64,000 nt of DNA, taken from assembly GCA_028286835.1 (NCBI GenBank), contig JAQBQT010000027.1, positions 14,442 through 78,441 of the forward strand, read 5' to 3'. How positions within the stretch are numbered: the first letter of the stretch is position 1; every line of letters begins with the position of its first letter. Positions 44,103 to 53,558 of this stretch are shown here, piece after piece. The notes beneath the pieces were generated by a model. That model had not been told where the DNA came from and did no database searches. It worked only from the letters and a program-made list of their open reading frames with translations. Position numbers and translations under genes: made by a program. This DNA is from Candidatus Parcubacteria bacterium (lineage in GTDB: Bacteria > Patescibacteriota > Minisyncoccia > Phycocordibacterales > PALSA-1337).

Positions 44103-44955
44103 AGGCCGAAGTCGTGGCTGAGACCTTTGCTTCGGCTTTCAGGTACTGCGCAATCGCTTTGGCATCGCTGTATGCCGTCTGGAGATCCTTCATTGCGGTG
44201 TGGATCTTCTCTCTGCCTGCTTTGAGAGCTGCATCGTTTGCCGTCATCACAGCCTGGACGCCCTGATCCGGCTGGAGGCTCATAACGAGGCTAACTGCTG
44301 CTTTTGACTGGATGGAGGCATCGGCGATCTTAGCCTTGAAGTCGGCAAGCCTGGCTGACATTGAAGTGCTTGCGTGCTCTGCGAGGCGCGCGTCGAACTT
44401 TGCGCCCAGCGTTTGGAGCGTGGCCACTGCGGCATCAGCACGATCGGCTGCAGCGACGATCGAAAGCTGAGGCATGATCAGACGATAGATGCGGTAGTTC
44501 GGGGCAATGGTCTGAAGGTCAGCCTTGAGGCTCGTCGTAGACGTATCCGCCTGGATCTTGGCGAGGAGGGTGTTCATGGCAGCGATCTGGGTCTGAATGT
44601 TCGCAGTGAATGAGGCCTTTTGGGAAGCCGAAAGATTCTTCATGTCCTGAATGCGGACGGCGAGTTTGGTAAGGCTGTTTATGCGATTATTGATCTCGAC
44701 GTCTCCCCTGTCGGACAGCGTATTCACGCGCTTATCGAGCTTGTCCTGGGATGTGCTCGAAGCCTTGGCCGCTGAGCTGCTATTTTTTGCAGAGCTGTTC
44801 CCGGAACTCTTGGAATTATTATTGATAGTCGCTGCCGGGGCATTTACCGAGGCGTTAGCGCTTGCATTCACTCCAACCTGAGCAGATGCAGGCAAAGCGA
44901 GCGCTGATATAACTGCGGATACGGCGAAAGCCGAAGAAAGGATTCTTGATTTCAT
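44086..44955 (-). CDS. secreted Ala/Ser-rich coiled-coil protein, hypothetical
   Basis: A signal peptide (MKSRILSSAFAVSAVISALALPASAQ) is followed by low-complexity and heptad-like sequence. The product is 289 aa. Confidence 0.55.
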   Translation of the reverse strand: MKSRILSSAFAVSAVISALALPASAQVGVNASANASVNAPAATINNNSKSSGNSSAKNSSSAAKASSTSQDKLDKRVNTLSDRGDVEINNRINSLTKLAVRIQDMKNLSASQKASFTANIQTQIAAMNTLLAKIQADTSTTSLKADLQTIAPNYRIYRLIMPQLSIVAAADRADAAVATLQTLGAKFDARLAEHASTSMSARLADFKAKIADASIQSKAAVSLVMSLQPDQGVQAVMTANDAALKAGREKIHTAMKDLQTAYSDAKAIAQYLKAEAKVSATTSASTTVR

Positions 44956-44973
44956 GGTGATGGTTGTATGGGA

Positions 44974-45270
44974 TTAATTGGTGCTGTTCATTCCCGCGTC
45001 TATATTCGCCGAGTCGCTGTTCATGGCGTTCATCTGACTGTTGGCCGATGTCATGTCGCTGTCGATGCTCGCATTCGAGGTGTCACTTGCCGTTGAAGGC
45101 GTGCTTGTCGAGGTCATAGAAGGCGAATTCGAAGATGTTGTCTGGTACTGGGTATTGTCGGCAGGAGATGACGGCTGGTTGCCCGCAGTTCCTGAATACC
45201 AGATCCAGCCCAATACGACGAGGATCAGTACGATGATAATTGCGATCCACATTTTAGCTCCATTTGACAT
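44974..45270 (-). CDS. small membrane-anchored Ser/Thr-rich protein, hypothetical
   Basis: An N-terminal transmembrane helix (WIAIIIVLILVVLGWIWY) is followed by an S/T/N-rich tail. Confidence 0.45.
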   Translation of the reverse strand: MSNGAKMWIAIIIVLILVVLGWIWYSGTAGNQPSSPADNTQYQTTSSNSPSMTSTSTPSTASDTSNASIDSDMTSANSQMNAMNSDSANIDAGMNSTN

Positions 45271-45385
45271 AATGTTGAATTAGTTGAGATTTTACACTGA
45301 TAAGCTGCGTCTCTGATGCGCCATCAGTGTACGCTAGTAAGACGGATTGCGGTGCGCAAGATTACACTGGTATACTGCTTTTCAT

Positions 45386-46246
45386 ATGATCACATACCTT
45401 CAAGCCATCATTTTGGGTGCCATACAGGGCGCCACCGAACTTTTCCCTGTTTCCAGCCTGGGCCATAGCGTCATCATCCCCCAGATCCTGGGCTGGAATA
45501 TAGACCAGAACACGGATTTCTTCCTGAATTTCCTTATCGCGACTCATTTGGCGACCTCCCTCGTTCTCCTCGCATTCTTCTTCAGGGATTGGATGAGGAT
45601 TATCGGCGGGATCTTCCGATCCATCGTGCGCTTCCGCATCGATCCTGCCGATACCTATGCCAAGCTCGGATGGCTCCTTATTCTTGCGACCATTCCTGCC
45701 GGACTCCTCGGCCTTCTCCTTGAGCACAGGCTCAAGCTTCTGCTTGCTTCGCCAATCATCGTGTCTGTCGCCCTCATTCTGAACGGCTGCCTTCTCTATT
45801 GCGTTGAATTCCTGACGCATCGGCACGAACAGGCTCCTGCAGGCGATCCGGATCAGAATATAAGCGTGCTGTCGTGGAAATCCTCCCTGAAAGTCGGCGT
45901 CGCTCAGGCGCTTGCGCTCATTCCGGGCTTCTCGAGGACGGGCGCGACTCTCGGCGGCGGATTGCTCATCGGGCTTTCCCATAGGGATGCCGCTAGATTC
46001 TCTTTCCTTCTTGCAACCCCCATCATTTTTGCCGCAGCCGTTCTCAAGGTCCCAGCATTGATCAAAACGGGAACAGCTGATTCACTGAATATCACCCTTG
46101 CAGGCGTCATCGGTTCCGCTATCTGCGCCTTCTTGTCCATCCGCTACCTCACTAAATATTTTGAGAACAAGACGCTGAAGCCGTTTGCCGGATATTGCAT
46201 TGGCGTCGGCATCTTCGCGCTCATCGTGCTATTGGTCCGAGTATAA
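45386..46246 (+). CDS. uppP: undecaprenyl-diphosphatase
   Basis: BacA/UppP motifs are present (ELFPVSSLGH and IPGFSRTGATLGGGLLIG). The start was chosen at MITYLQAIILG. Confidence 0.85.
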   Translation: MITYLQAIILGAIQGATELFPVSSLGHSVIIPQILGWNIDQNTDFFLNFLIATHLATSLVLLAFFFRDWMRIIGGIFRSIVRFRIDPADTYAKLGWLLILATIPAGLLGLLLEHRLKLLLASPIIVSVALILNGCLLYCVEFLTHRHEQAPAGDPDQNISVLSWKSSLKVGVAQALALIPGFSRTGATLGGGLLIGLSHRDAARFSFLLATPIIFAAAVLKVPALIKTGTADSLNITLAGVIGSAICAFLSIRYLTKYFENKTLKPFAGYCIGVGIFALIVLLVRV

Positions 46247-46906
46247 ATAGGCTTCTTTCATGCTTTTGAGTATCTGCGCGGGTTCGTCCTCGAGCGGCAG
46301 GACCTCTTCGCGCAGATGCTTGATGGCAGCGGCTTTGGATGAGCCGAATACGAATGCGTACGCGGCTGATATCTTCATGAGAGCCGAGGGCGTCAGAGTG
46401 ATTCGTGTAAAAGGGTTGCCTGCGTATCCAGATATGAAACGCGGATCAGTGACGGCTTTAGTGTGCGGCAGGATCCCAGCTATATGGCCGTCCTCGCCCA
46501 TGCCGAATTGGCCGATAACGATGCCGCCTGAAGCCAATGTTTTTTCAAATATTGGCCGTATCGCCTGCTCGTAGCCGGTGATCGTCTCCTCGAGGGGTTT
46601 GCCTTCAAGAATCGGGATGAAGCGGATGCCGCTAAAATCGAATCCGTCATCCTGCATCTGCTTCCAGTTCGAATCCGGGTGGTCGACCGGGCCGTAGCGC
46701 TCATCGGTCTGAGCGACAGTGAGCTGGCTGATCTTCTCGGCCGGCACGCTCTTCCGGATCTCATTCATGGCCTCGACTGCCGTTGGTATGTTCGACCCGC
46801 CGCATATGAGCCAAAGGACTTTTTGATCTTGCATGAGGGCCGAGCTGATGCGGCTCGCGAGCGCGTGCATCCCTTCGGTATGGTCTTTGGCTTGAATGGA
46901 TTTCAT
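46229..46906 (-). CDS. 6-phosphogluconolactonase / glucosamine-6-phosphate deaminase family protein (likely Pgl)
   Basis: The product (225 aa) has the NagB/Pgl fold with LWLICGGSNIP (the GGS motif). Confidence 0.7.
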   Translation of the reverse strand: MKSIQAKDHTEGMHALASRISSALMQDQKVLWLICGGSNIPTAVEAMNEIRKSVPAEKISQLTVAQTDERYGPVDHPDSNWKQMQDDGFDFSGIRFIPILEGKPLEETITGYEQAIRPIFEKTLASGGIVIGQFGMGEDGHIAGILPHTKAVTDPRFISGYAGNPFTRITLTPSALMKISAAYAFVFGSSKAAAIKHLREEVLPLEDEPAQILKSMKEAYLYSDQ

Positions 46907-46929
46907 ATGCCTCGAAGTATATCAGGATT

Positions 46930-47583
46930 TCAGCCCTGCTTTAATTCCGCGGTGACTACGAGGCGCTTGTCGTATGTGTCGCCGCCGCTCACCCATCTGC
47001 CAGAGCAGGTTATGAGGCGGAGACGATAGCCGGTGTCATCGTTGAAAATAAGATCGACTGGCACAGACAGATAATCGTAAGCCGTAACGTCCGAGACGAC
47101 AAAATGCAGCTTCGTGCCTGAATCAGTCATCACATAGAGGTCATCACCGATCTTCACGTCCGACAGGTGCTTGAAGACGCCGTCGAGGCCGAGCCCATTG
47201 TCCTCATGCCCGTCTATGACCGCGCTCCCCTTCATTCCCGGCACGGTTCCGAACTTGTACCAGGCTACATCCGTAAAATTTCCAGGAGTGGCCATGGTTC
47301 CCGCAGCAGTGGTCCCCACGGCCCGCACTTCAGCATCGATGCCGATGACAGGAATGCTGAGCCGGGAAGGATAGCCTGGAAAATTCTTATTGGTGCTTGT
47401 GGCCAACGACACTGGTGTGACTTGGGAATGAGCTGAAAGATGAGGGATATAGATTCCAGACCCGTCCGAGTCAGACCACACCGCCAGTGCGAACGTGTGC
47501 GTGAAGACCACGACCGCGGCGATGGTGACGCCTGTCACCAGGAATTTTATAAACTGGGTTTTTGTGGGGAAAATGATATACAT
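46930..47583 (-). CDS. sortase (class E/F-like transpeptidase)
   Basis: An N-terminal transmembrane anchor is present. The catalytic His lies in VIDGHED. The catalytic Cys lies in the LITC motif (RLRLITCSG). A conserved Arg follows. Confidence 0.75.
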   Translation of the reverse strand: MYIIFPTKTQFIKFLVTGVTIAAVVVFTHTFALAVWSDSDGSGIYIPHLSAHSQVTPVSLATSTNKNFPGYPSRLSIPVIGIDAEVRAVGTTAAGTMATPGNFTDVAWYKFGTVPGMKGSAVIDGHEDNGLGLDGVFKHLSDVKIGDDLYVMTDSGTKLHFVVSDVTAYDYLSVPVDLIFNDDTGYRLRLITCSGRWVSGGDTYDKRLVVTAELKQG

Positions 47584-47667
47584 GTCGGTTGCCGGTGAAA
47601 GGCACCTGAGTGGCTAGTCCTGCATAACGAAAACGGATGCAGTGAGCATCCGTTTCCGCCGGCGAGC

Positions 47668-47976
47668 TTATCTCTGCTGGGCATAGGTCCTGCCAAGATA
47701 GGCGGCACCTGAGATTGCGAGAAGGCCTGAGCCTATGAGTAGGGCTATATTAAGGGTTGCATTGCCTCCGGCTCCGGTGTTTGGGGCGCCTGGAGTCACT
47801 GCCGCAGCGCCAGTCGTATTCATAACGCCGCCGGTCGTGCTGGCTGCCGTAACTGCGGCTGGGACTACCGGACCTGCCTGCGTAGTGGTCTGGGCGTGGG
47901 CCGAATGGGCGCTTCCGAGACCTGCAACGACTGCGAATGCTAGGGCTAATGCCGTAAGGCGAGTGGATTGATTCAT
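47668..47976 (-). CDS. small secreted protein, candidate sortase substrate
   Basis: A signal peptide is present. The C-terminus is GAPNTGAGGNATLNIALLIGSGLLAISGAAYLGRTYAQQR, which reads as an xPxTG-like motif, then a hydrophobic stretch, then a basic tail. Confidence 0.45.
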   Translation of the reverse strand: MNQSTRLTALALAFAVVAGLGSAHSAHAQTTTQAGPVVPAAVTAASTTGGVMNTTGAAAVTPGAPNTGAGGNATLNIALLIGSGLLAISGAAYLGRTYAQQR

Positions 47977-48153
47977 ACGTTCAAGATATTAGATGCTAAT
48001 ACTGATAATGAGCGACCTCCTTAAGCGAGACGAATCGCCCCTCAGTTCCTTACACGAAAAACGGCCCCGGTAGGGTGATCCAGCAATCGCTTCAGCAGAA
48101 ACGATATGAGAATCACCCTACTGGAGCCGCTTTGAAACGGTTCAGTATGAAGC

Positions 48154-49362
48154 TTAGGAAACGAACGTCAGCGCCTTTCCCTGCTTGCCTCCGCGGCCTG
48201 TACGGCCGATGCGGTGGACATAGTCCTCGTACGTAGCCGGCGTATCGAAGTTGATGACGTGGCTTACGTTCGGGATATCCAAGCCGCGCGCTGCGACGTC
48301 TGTCGCCACGAGGATCTGGATATGGTTGTCCTTGAAGAGCTGAAGGGCCTTGATGCGGCGCGAGTAGTTCTTGTCGCCGTGAATGGATTCAGCCTTGAAG
48401 CCGCGCGCTGCGAGTTCGCGCGAGAGGCGGTCCACGCCGTGCTTCGTGCGTCCGAAGATGAGGATCTTGTCGAAGCCTTCCTTCTTGAGGAGGTCCTGGA
48501 GGATGGCGAGCTTGTCGACTCCGCCAGGGACTTTGATGACGTCCTGGTCGATGGTCTTGGACGTGTCGCGAGTCTTCACAGATACGCGGACCGGGGTGCG
48601 GAGGAACTGACCGATGAGCTTCTCGATGTCCGGAGACAATGTAGCCGAGAAGAAAAGGGTCTGGCGTTCCTTCGGCATTCCTGCCATAAGAGCCTTCATA
48701 TCGTTGATGAATCCCATATCGAGCATGCGATCTGCCTCGTCGAGGACGACAGCCGTGAATTTCGAGAGGTCGATGAGCCTGCGGTCGATGAGGTCTTTGA
48801 GGCGTCCCGGCGTGCCGATAACGAAATTATTATGGTAGCGGAGGGCGCGCATCTGGGGCACGATGTTCGCGCCGCCGACGCCGCACACCGAGAAGATCTT
48901 CATGCCGGGCGTGAATGTCTTGAGCTCAGCGTCGATCTGGACGGCGAGCTCGCGTGTCGGAGCGACGATCATGACCTGCATCTTCGGATTGCCGAGCACC
49001 TTGTGGATGAGCGGGAGGAGGAACGCTGCCGTCTTGCCTGTTCCCGTATTGGCGATGCCGACAACGTCGGATCCCATGAGGACGTGCGGAATAGCCTTGT
49101 CCTGGATAGGAGTCGGCGTGACGTAGCCCTTCTTTGCGATGACTGCCTTGAGGCGCTCATCGATATGGAAGTCCTGGAATGAGTGCTCAGGCGTAAAGAC
49201 CTCCACTTCTTCGGTCACGATGACCTTGTTAACGAAGCGGGCCGGGTTGATATATTGTGCGCCGGGTGCGTTCCTGGAACGCGAAGCCGGACGTGAGCCC
49301 GAGGATCTCGAGCCATGTGCGAAAGACCTTTTCGGTCCCCCGTAGTTGTTTCTTGTATTCAT
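48154..49362 (-). CDS. DEAD-box ATP-dependent RNA helicase
   Basis: The Q-motif region, Walker A (ANTGTGKTAAF), DEAD box (VLDEADRMLDMGF), SAT, and HRIGRTGR motifs are present. The start was chosen at MNTRNNYGG (49362). Confidence 0.85.
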   Translation of the reverse strand: MNTRNNYGGPKRSFAHGSRSSGSRPASRSRNAPGAQYINPARFVNKVIVTEEVEVFTPEHSFQDFHIDERLKAVIAKKGYVTPTPIQDKAIPHVLMGSDVVGIANTGTGKTAAFLLPLIHKVLGNPKMQVMIVAPTRELAVQIDAELKTFTPGMKIFSVCGVGGANIVPQMRALRYHNNFVIGTPGRLKDLIDRRLIDLSKFTAVVLDEADRMLDMGFINDMKALMAGMPKERQTLFFSATLSPDIEKLIGQFLRTPVRVSVKTRDTSKTIDQDVIKVPGGVDKLAILQDLLKKEGFDKILIFGRTKHGVDRLSRELAARGFKAESIHGDKNYSRRIKALQLFKDNHIQILVATDVAARGLDIPNVSHVINFDTPATYEDYVHRIGRTGRGGKQGKALTFVS

Positions 49363-49505
49363 GTTGTAACCCCTGGTCTCACGGGGTTTTAATAAAAGCG
49401 AGGCGATACCTGCGCAAAACCGGAGATTGAAGTTAATACCATCATATACTATAGGCTGATTGCTGTCAATAGTAGTAAGTTTAAGGGCTATACGGGGCAA
49501 TAAAA

Positions 49506-49529
49506 AACCGCAGATGTTACTCTGCGGTT
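49506..49529 (-). terminator. rho-independent terminator for the ECF sigma gene
   Basis: An 8-bp stem AACCGCAG/CTGCGGTT with an 8-nt loop is followed on the minus strand by TTTTTTATTG. Confidence 0.5.
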
Positions 49530-49554
49530 CAAGCTGTCTTTTAGCTCCTGGCTG

Positions 49555-50238
49555 TTACCTTCGGTGCGTGTATTCCAGAGAGCTCTTGAATGTGCCGATT
49601 TCCGGACATTCTTCAAGGATCTTTTGCCTGAGACAGCTCCTGGCTCGGCTAACACGGCTTTTGACAGTTCCGCTATTTGTCGCAAGCTGTGAGGCGATGG
49701 CATCGTAAGGGACATTATCAAGCGTAAGGACCAGAAGCATATGCTGATGATCAGGCAATTTTGACATAAATCTGCCAGCCATATTTTCTGTTTCAAACCG
49801 GACCGCCGCCTGATAGGGATCGGCATTCTCATCTGGAAGCAGATCGGCTAGCGTTCGTGCAGTATCAGCTCCAAGAGGCGTGTCGAGCGAATGATGATCG
49901 CGCTTGCGACGCCTGCGGTTGTAGTAGTACCTGTGGGTGCATTTATTGCGCGCTATTTTAAAAAGCCATGTTTTGAGGCATGATTCGCTTCGGAAATCTG
50001 TAAGGCTCCTATGAGCCCGGATAAATGTATCCTGTACGATCTCGTCAGCATCCTCCTTGCTATAAAGATAGTTGAATGCGAGTTTCCAGATATACTTATT
50101 ATACCGTTCCCAAATCTCGATGAATGCTGACTCGTCTTGATCGACGACAAACCGTTTAATAAGTTTGCTATCGATCTCACATTCTATTTCGGCGCTTGGT
50201 CGAGACGTTTCTGCCTTTTCTGTGTGCGTGGTGCTCAT
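49555..50238 (-). CDS. ECF-type RNA polymerase sigma factor
   Basis: Sigma-70 region 2 (IVQDTFIRAHRSLTDF...KTWLFKIARNKC) and region 4 (VPYDAIASQLATNSGTVKSRVSRAR) are present. The product is 227 aa. Confidence 0.75.
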   Translation of the reverse strand: MSTTHTEKAETSRPSAEIECEIDSKLIKRFVVDQDESAFIEIWERYNKYIWKLAFNYLYSKEDADEIVQDTFIRAHRSLTDFRSESCLKTWLFKIARNKCTHRYYYNRRRRKRDHHSLDTPLGADTARTLADLLPDENADPYQAAVRFETENMAGRFMSKLPDHQHMLLVLTLDNVPYDAIASQLATNSGTVKSRVSRARSCLRQKILEECPEIGTFKSSLEYTHRR

Positions 50239-50533
50239 TCGTTGCTATGTGGTTTTGATGTGCTAAATACGTGATTGTGGCTATCTACATGTACTGCAAT
50301 AGTATACTACATATTTATAGAATGTCAATGATACTTCTTTGCAGGCAACAAATCCCGCTCAAATGAGCGTATGACCCTTGACAAATATTCTTAAGGGTGT
50401 ACGGTTTAAACAGGCAACGACACAACGTCTTTTGTCCTTTGAAAAGAGATCGATAGCTTCGGCCCAATCAGCCCAAGGTATCTTCGCTATGTAAAACATA
50501 TAACTACGTCAGAAATGTCAGTTCGTTAAAATC

Positions 50534-51322
50534 ATGAAGACTAAAAAACTTCTGCCAGTGTTAGGTATATGCATGTTGGCGGTATTCGTCGGCATTGTTA
50601 TCTTCAAGTCAAACCGCCCTGCGCAGGCAACTGCCATGACGGATCAGCCGACGCCTCCAGTAACCTCTGCGAATCCGGTAAAACCTGTTCAGACAGCGCC
50701 CATTGCACTCCGTACTGATAATCCCGGCATCAGCCGTTCTGTTTTATCAGTTCCAATGGTGCGGGTGCCTGCAGCGAAAGACGGGGGCCTGATCGCCTAT
50801 CAGGCGAATGAGCTTCTGATGATGGCAGACCAGCATCCGGAGGTCGGCCTTACAGTCGGTGATCTTAAAAAGTCCCTGCCGATTTTCCTCGATGCATACG
50901 TGCACCTTCAGGAGCTTGAAAACGGCCTTGCGATACAGACCAAAACGACTCCAATGGAAACGGTCATCGAAATACCGGCATATGCAAGCGAAGGCGAAAA
51001 GATCGAGAGCGAATTGTATGCGAAGCTCGAGCAGGCATTGGGAAAAGCCAAAGTCATGCTGATTCGCGACGCTCTCCTCGGACCCATCGCACGACTGAAC
51101 AATTCGTGGGGCCAAGCTCCGCAAACGCTGTCTTTCCAAAAAGAAGGCGAGCTGTACCGGATCACTCAATCGATTGGTACGCATTCGTTAACGGGAATTG
51201 TGAAGGAAATGACAGGATTGGAGGAGAAGTTCATAGTCGCAAGAAACAAGCCTGGGAGCATCGTCACTAAGGATGACCTTGGGCAGTACGCGATTAAGGC
51301 CGTGTTCTTTCCGAAAGGCTGA
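50534..51322 (+). CDS. membrane-anchored hypothetical protein
   Basis: An N-terminal transmembrane helix (LLPVLGICMLAVFVGIVIF) is present. The gene is divergent from the ECF sigma gene. The product is 262 aa. Confidence 0.5.
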   Translation: MKTKKLLPVLGICMLAVFVGIVIFKSNRPAQATAMTDQPTPPVTSANPVKPVQTAPIALRTDNPGISRSVLSVPMVRVPAAKDGGLIAYQANELLMMADQHPEVGLTVGDLKKSLPIFLDAYVHLQELENGLAIQTKTTPMETVIEIPAYASEGEKIESELYAKLEQALGKAKVMLIRDALLGPIARLNNSWGQAPQTLSFQKEGELYRITQSIGTHSLTGIVKEMTGLEEKFIVARNKPGSIVTKDDLGQYAIKAVFFPKG

Positions 51323-51345
51323 GAAACTATTCAATATTCACTCCA

Positions 51346-51987
51346 ATGAAACTTTTGAATCGTTTTTCCCTTCTCGCTGTCATGCTTTGCGTGGCAGCCG
51401 TCAATGCCGGAGCTCAGATACTGGCTGTCAATCGCAATTATGATACGGCAGAATACATCGCAAACGTGACAAGCTACTCAAAGACCGAGTTGTCTCTCGT
51501 TATTCCTCCAGTGCAGATTCGTGGAATCGATATGGCAAGCGGCATGATCATCGGGTTCAATTATAAGAACACGGTTTCGATAGGATCGCCCTGGGCGAGC
51601 AGTACGATAACGTACGAGTGGAAAGCTCTCATCACCCCGGCGGGAGCAGAGTATCCCACTATCATACTCGAAATAACGGATGCCAAGGCGGCATCCGTGA
51701 TCTATTCGAGTTCTCCTACCCATAGAATAGTAGTGACTACGGCGGAGCAGTTTAGAGAAGAGGGGCTGAGTCCTGCCCCAGAGACGCCTGCTCAGCCGCA
51801 AAACAATACCATCAACTCCGGCGAGGGAGGAGGTGGAGGACCTCATGTCGGCATAGGAGGAGGATATGGGCCATCATCTAGAGTGTCTCTATTTGACGGC
51901 TATACACCCGCCCCCTTCACTGTTGTGAGCTGGAGCTTCCCTGAAGATCGGAACGGATCGGCATACGTTTCCATCCGTTCAGACTAA
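51346..51987 (+). CDS. secreted hypothetical protein
   Basis: A signal peptide (MKLLNRFSLLAVMLCVAAVNAGAQ) and a Gly-rich C-terminal region are present. The product is 213 aa. Confidence 0.5.
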   Translation: MKLLNRFSLLAVMLCVAAVNAGAQILAVNRNYDTAEYIANVTSYSKTELSLVIPPVQIRGIDMASGMIIGFNYKNTVSIGSPWASSTITYEWKALITPAGAEYPTIILEITDAKAASVIYSSSPTHRIVVTTAEQFREEGLSPAPETPAQPQNNTINSGEGGGGGPHVGIGGGYGPSSRVSLFDGYTPAPFTVVSWSFPEDRNGSAYVSIRSD

Positions 51988-52010
51988 AAGCAGCACCTGT
52001 TAGTTCTCAA

Positions 52011-52040
52011 GCGCACACCCCAACGGATGTGCGCTTTTTT
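52011..52040 (+). terminator. rho-independent terminator
   Basis: A 7-bp stem GCGCACA/TGTGCGC with a 10-nt loop is followed by TTTTTT. It lies between two convergent genes. Confidence 0.55.
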
Positions 52041-52070
52041 ATATTCCATATCTGGCACCTGATCGCTTCC

Positions 52071-53555
52071 CTATTCCACGTGCACAGTCACATCGGAGCG
52101 CTCTTTGCCTACCTTCATGGTAAGTATGAAGAATGAGCCTACGATGACTATTACGGAGGAGAGGACGAATACGTAGTCGTACGCGTCGATCTGAGCCTTT
52201 GATATGACCAGCGCGATGTATGAGGAGATATCCGCTGGCACATTGCTGTGGACCCAGCTCTGGGCATTGATGCGAAGGATGTTGCTCTCGATGCGGTTGT
52301 TGAGGATGGTGCCAAAGAGCGCGATGCCGAAAGCTCCGGCGACATTCCTGGCCAGAGCGAGGATGGATGATGCGATGCCTATCTCGTTCTGATCGACGAC
52401 CGACGCGATGATATTCGTGCGCTGGGCCATGCCGAATCCCATGCCGAACGCCATGATGCAGAGAGGCCACATGATGGACCACGCGGTCGACCTGGCATCG
52501 AGGAAGGAAAAGAAGAAGATGCCGATCCCCGCGACGAGCGTGCTGGCGAAGATAACATAGCGCGCCTGGACCCTGCCGATGAGCGAGCCGCCCAAGGGCG
52601 CCGCGAGCATGAGCGCCGCCGCCATCGGCATGAAGAGATATCCAGCCTGCGTGGCATTATCCCCCAGGAATGACTGCGCGAATATCGGGATCAGGAAGAG
52701 TCCGCCCATCATTCCCATGAATACGATGAAGTTGTTGCCGAGCGTGTTGACGAACGCGGGTATCTTGAAGAATTTGAGGTCGACTATAGGCTCGGACACC
52801 CTCCTTTCTATCTCTATGAATATCCAGAAGAGGGCGACGATGAGCGCGTAGCAGAGGATGCTGGCGCCGGAAAGCCATCCCCATTCAGGTCCCTGGTCGA
52901 GAACGAGGACGAGCGCTGAAAGCGTGCCGCCCAGAGACAGCGCTCCCCACCAGTCGAAGTAGTGCGTCGCCTGCCCTTCTGCGCGAGATTCATGGATGAA
53001 AGCGAGAGCCATGAGGATACCGACGATGCCCACTGGAATATTTATGAAAAAGACCGAGCGCCAGCCGAAGTTGTCTATGAGCGGTCCGCCGATGAGCGGG
53101 CCGAACACGCTCGCTGCCGCGAACGATGACGACCAGATGCCGAGAGCCTGAGCGCGCTCCTTCGCTCCCTTGAATGTCACGGCGATGATGGCCATAGCCG
53201 TCGGATAGTCAGCGGAGCCGGCGATGGCCTGAACGACACGGAAGACGATCATGGACGACAGGTTCCAGGCGAGGCCGGCAAGGACCGAGCCGACGATGAA
53301 CATGCCGAAGCCGAGAATGTACACTTTCTTGCGGCCGATGGTGTCTCCAAGCTTGCCCCAGATCGGCACGAACACAGCATTGGCGAGGATATATGCCGTC
53401 GCTATCCAGCCTGCGGCCGATACGGATATGGAAAAATCATTGATGATCTTCGGCAGAGCGAGGTTCACGATGGTCTGGTCCAGGCGGCCGAGGAACGTGC
53501 CGATGATGACTGTCAGAAGGATCCACCATTTGAGATTGCTGCTCTGTTCTTCCAT
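52071..53555 (-). CDS. MFS drug efflux transporter, DHA2 (EmrB/QacA, 14-TMS) family
   Basis: The 494-aa product has 14 predicted helices and the MFS motif A region GKLGDTIGRKK. Confidence 0.85.
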   Translation of the reverse strand: MEEQSSNLKWWILLTVIIGTFLGRLDQTIVNLALPKIINDFSISVSAAGWIATAYILANAVFVPIWGKLGDTIGRKKVYILGFGMFIVGSVLAGLAWNLSSMIVFRVVQAIAGSADYPTAMAIIAVTFKGAKERAQALGIWSSSFAAASVFGPLIGGPLIDNFGWRSVFFINIPVGIVGILMALAFIHESRAEGQATHYFDWWGALSLGGTLSALVLVLDQGPEWGWLSGASILCYALIVALFWIFIEIERRVSEPIVDLKFFKIPAFVNTLGNNFIVFMGMMGGLFLIPIFAQSFLGDNATQAGYLFMPMAAALMLAAPLGGSLIGRVQARYVIFASTLVAGIGIFFFSFLDARSTAWSIMWPLCIMAFGMGFGMAQRTNIIASVVDQNEIGIASSILALARNVAGAFGIALFGTILNNRIESNILRINAQSWVHSNVPADISSYIALVISKAQIDAYDYVFVLSSVIVIVGSFFILTMKVGKERSDVTVHVE

Positions 53556-53558
53556 AGG

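Noticed and set aside
48214-49182. A 322-aa plus-strand ORF.
   Set aside because: It is antisense to the DEAD-box helicase gene, which has all canonical motifs.
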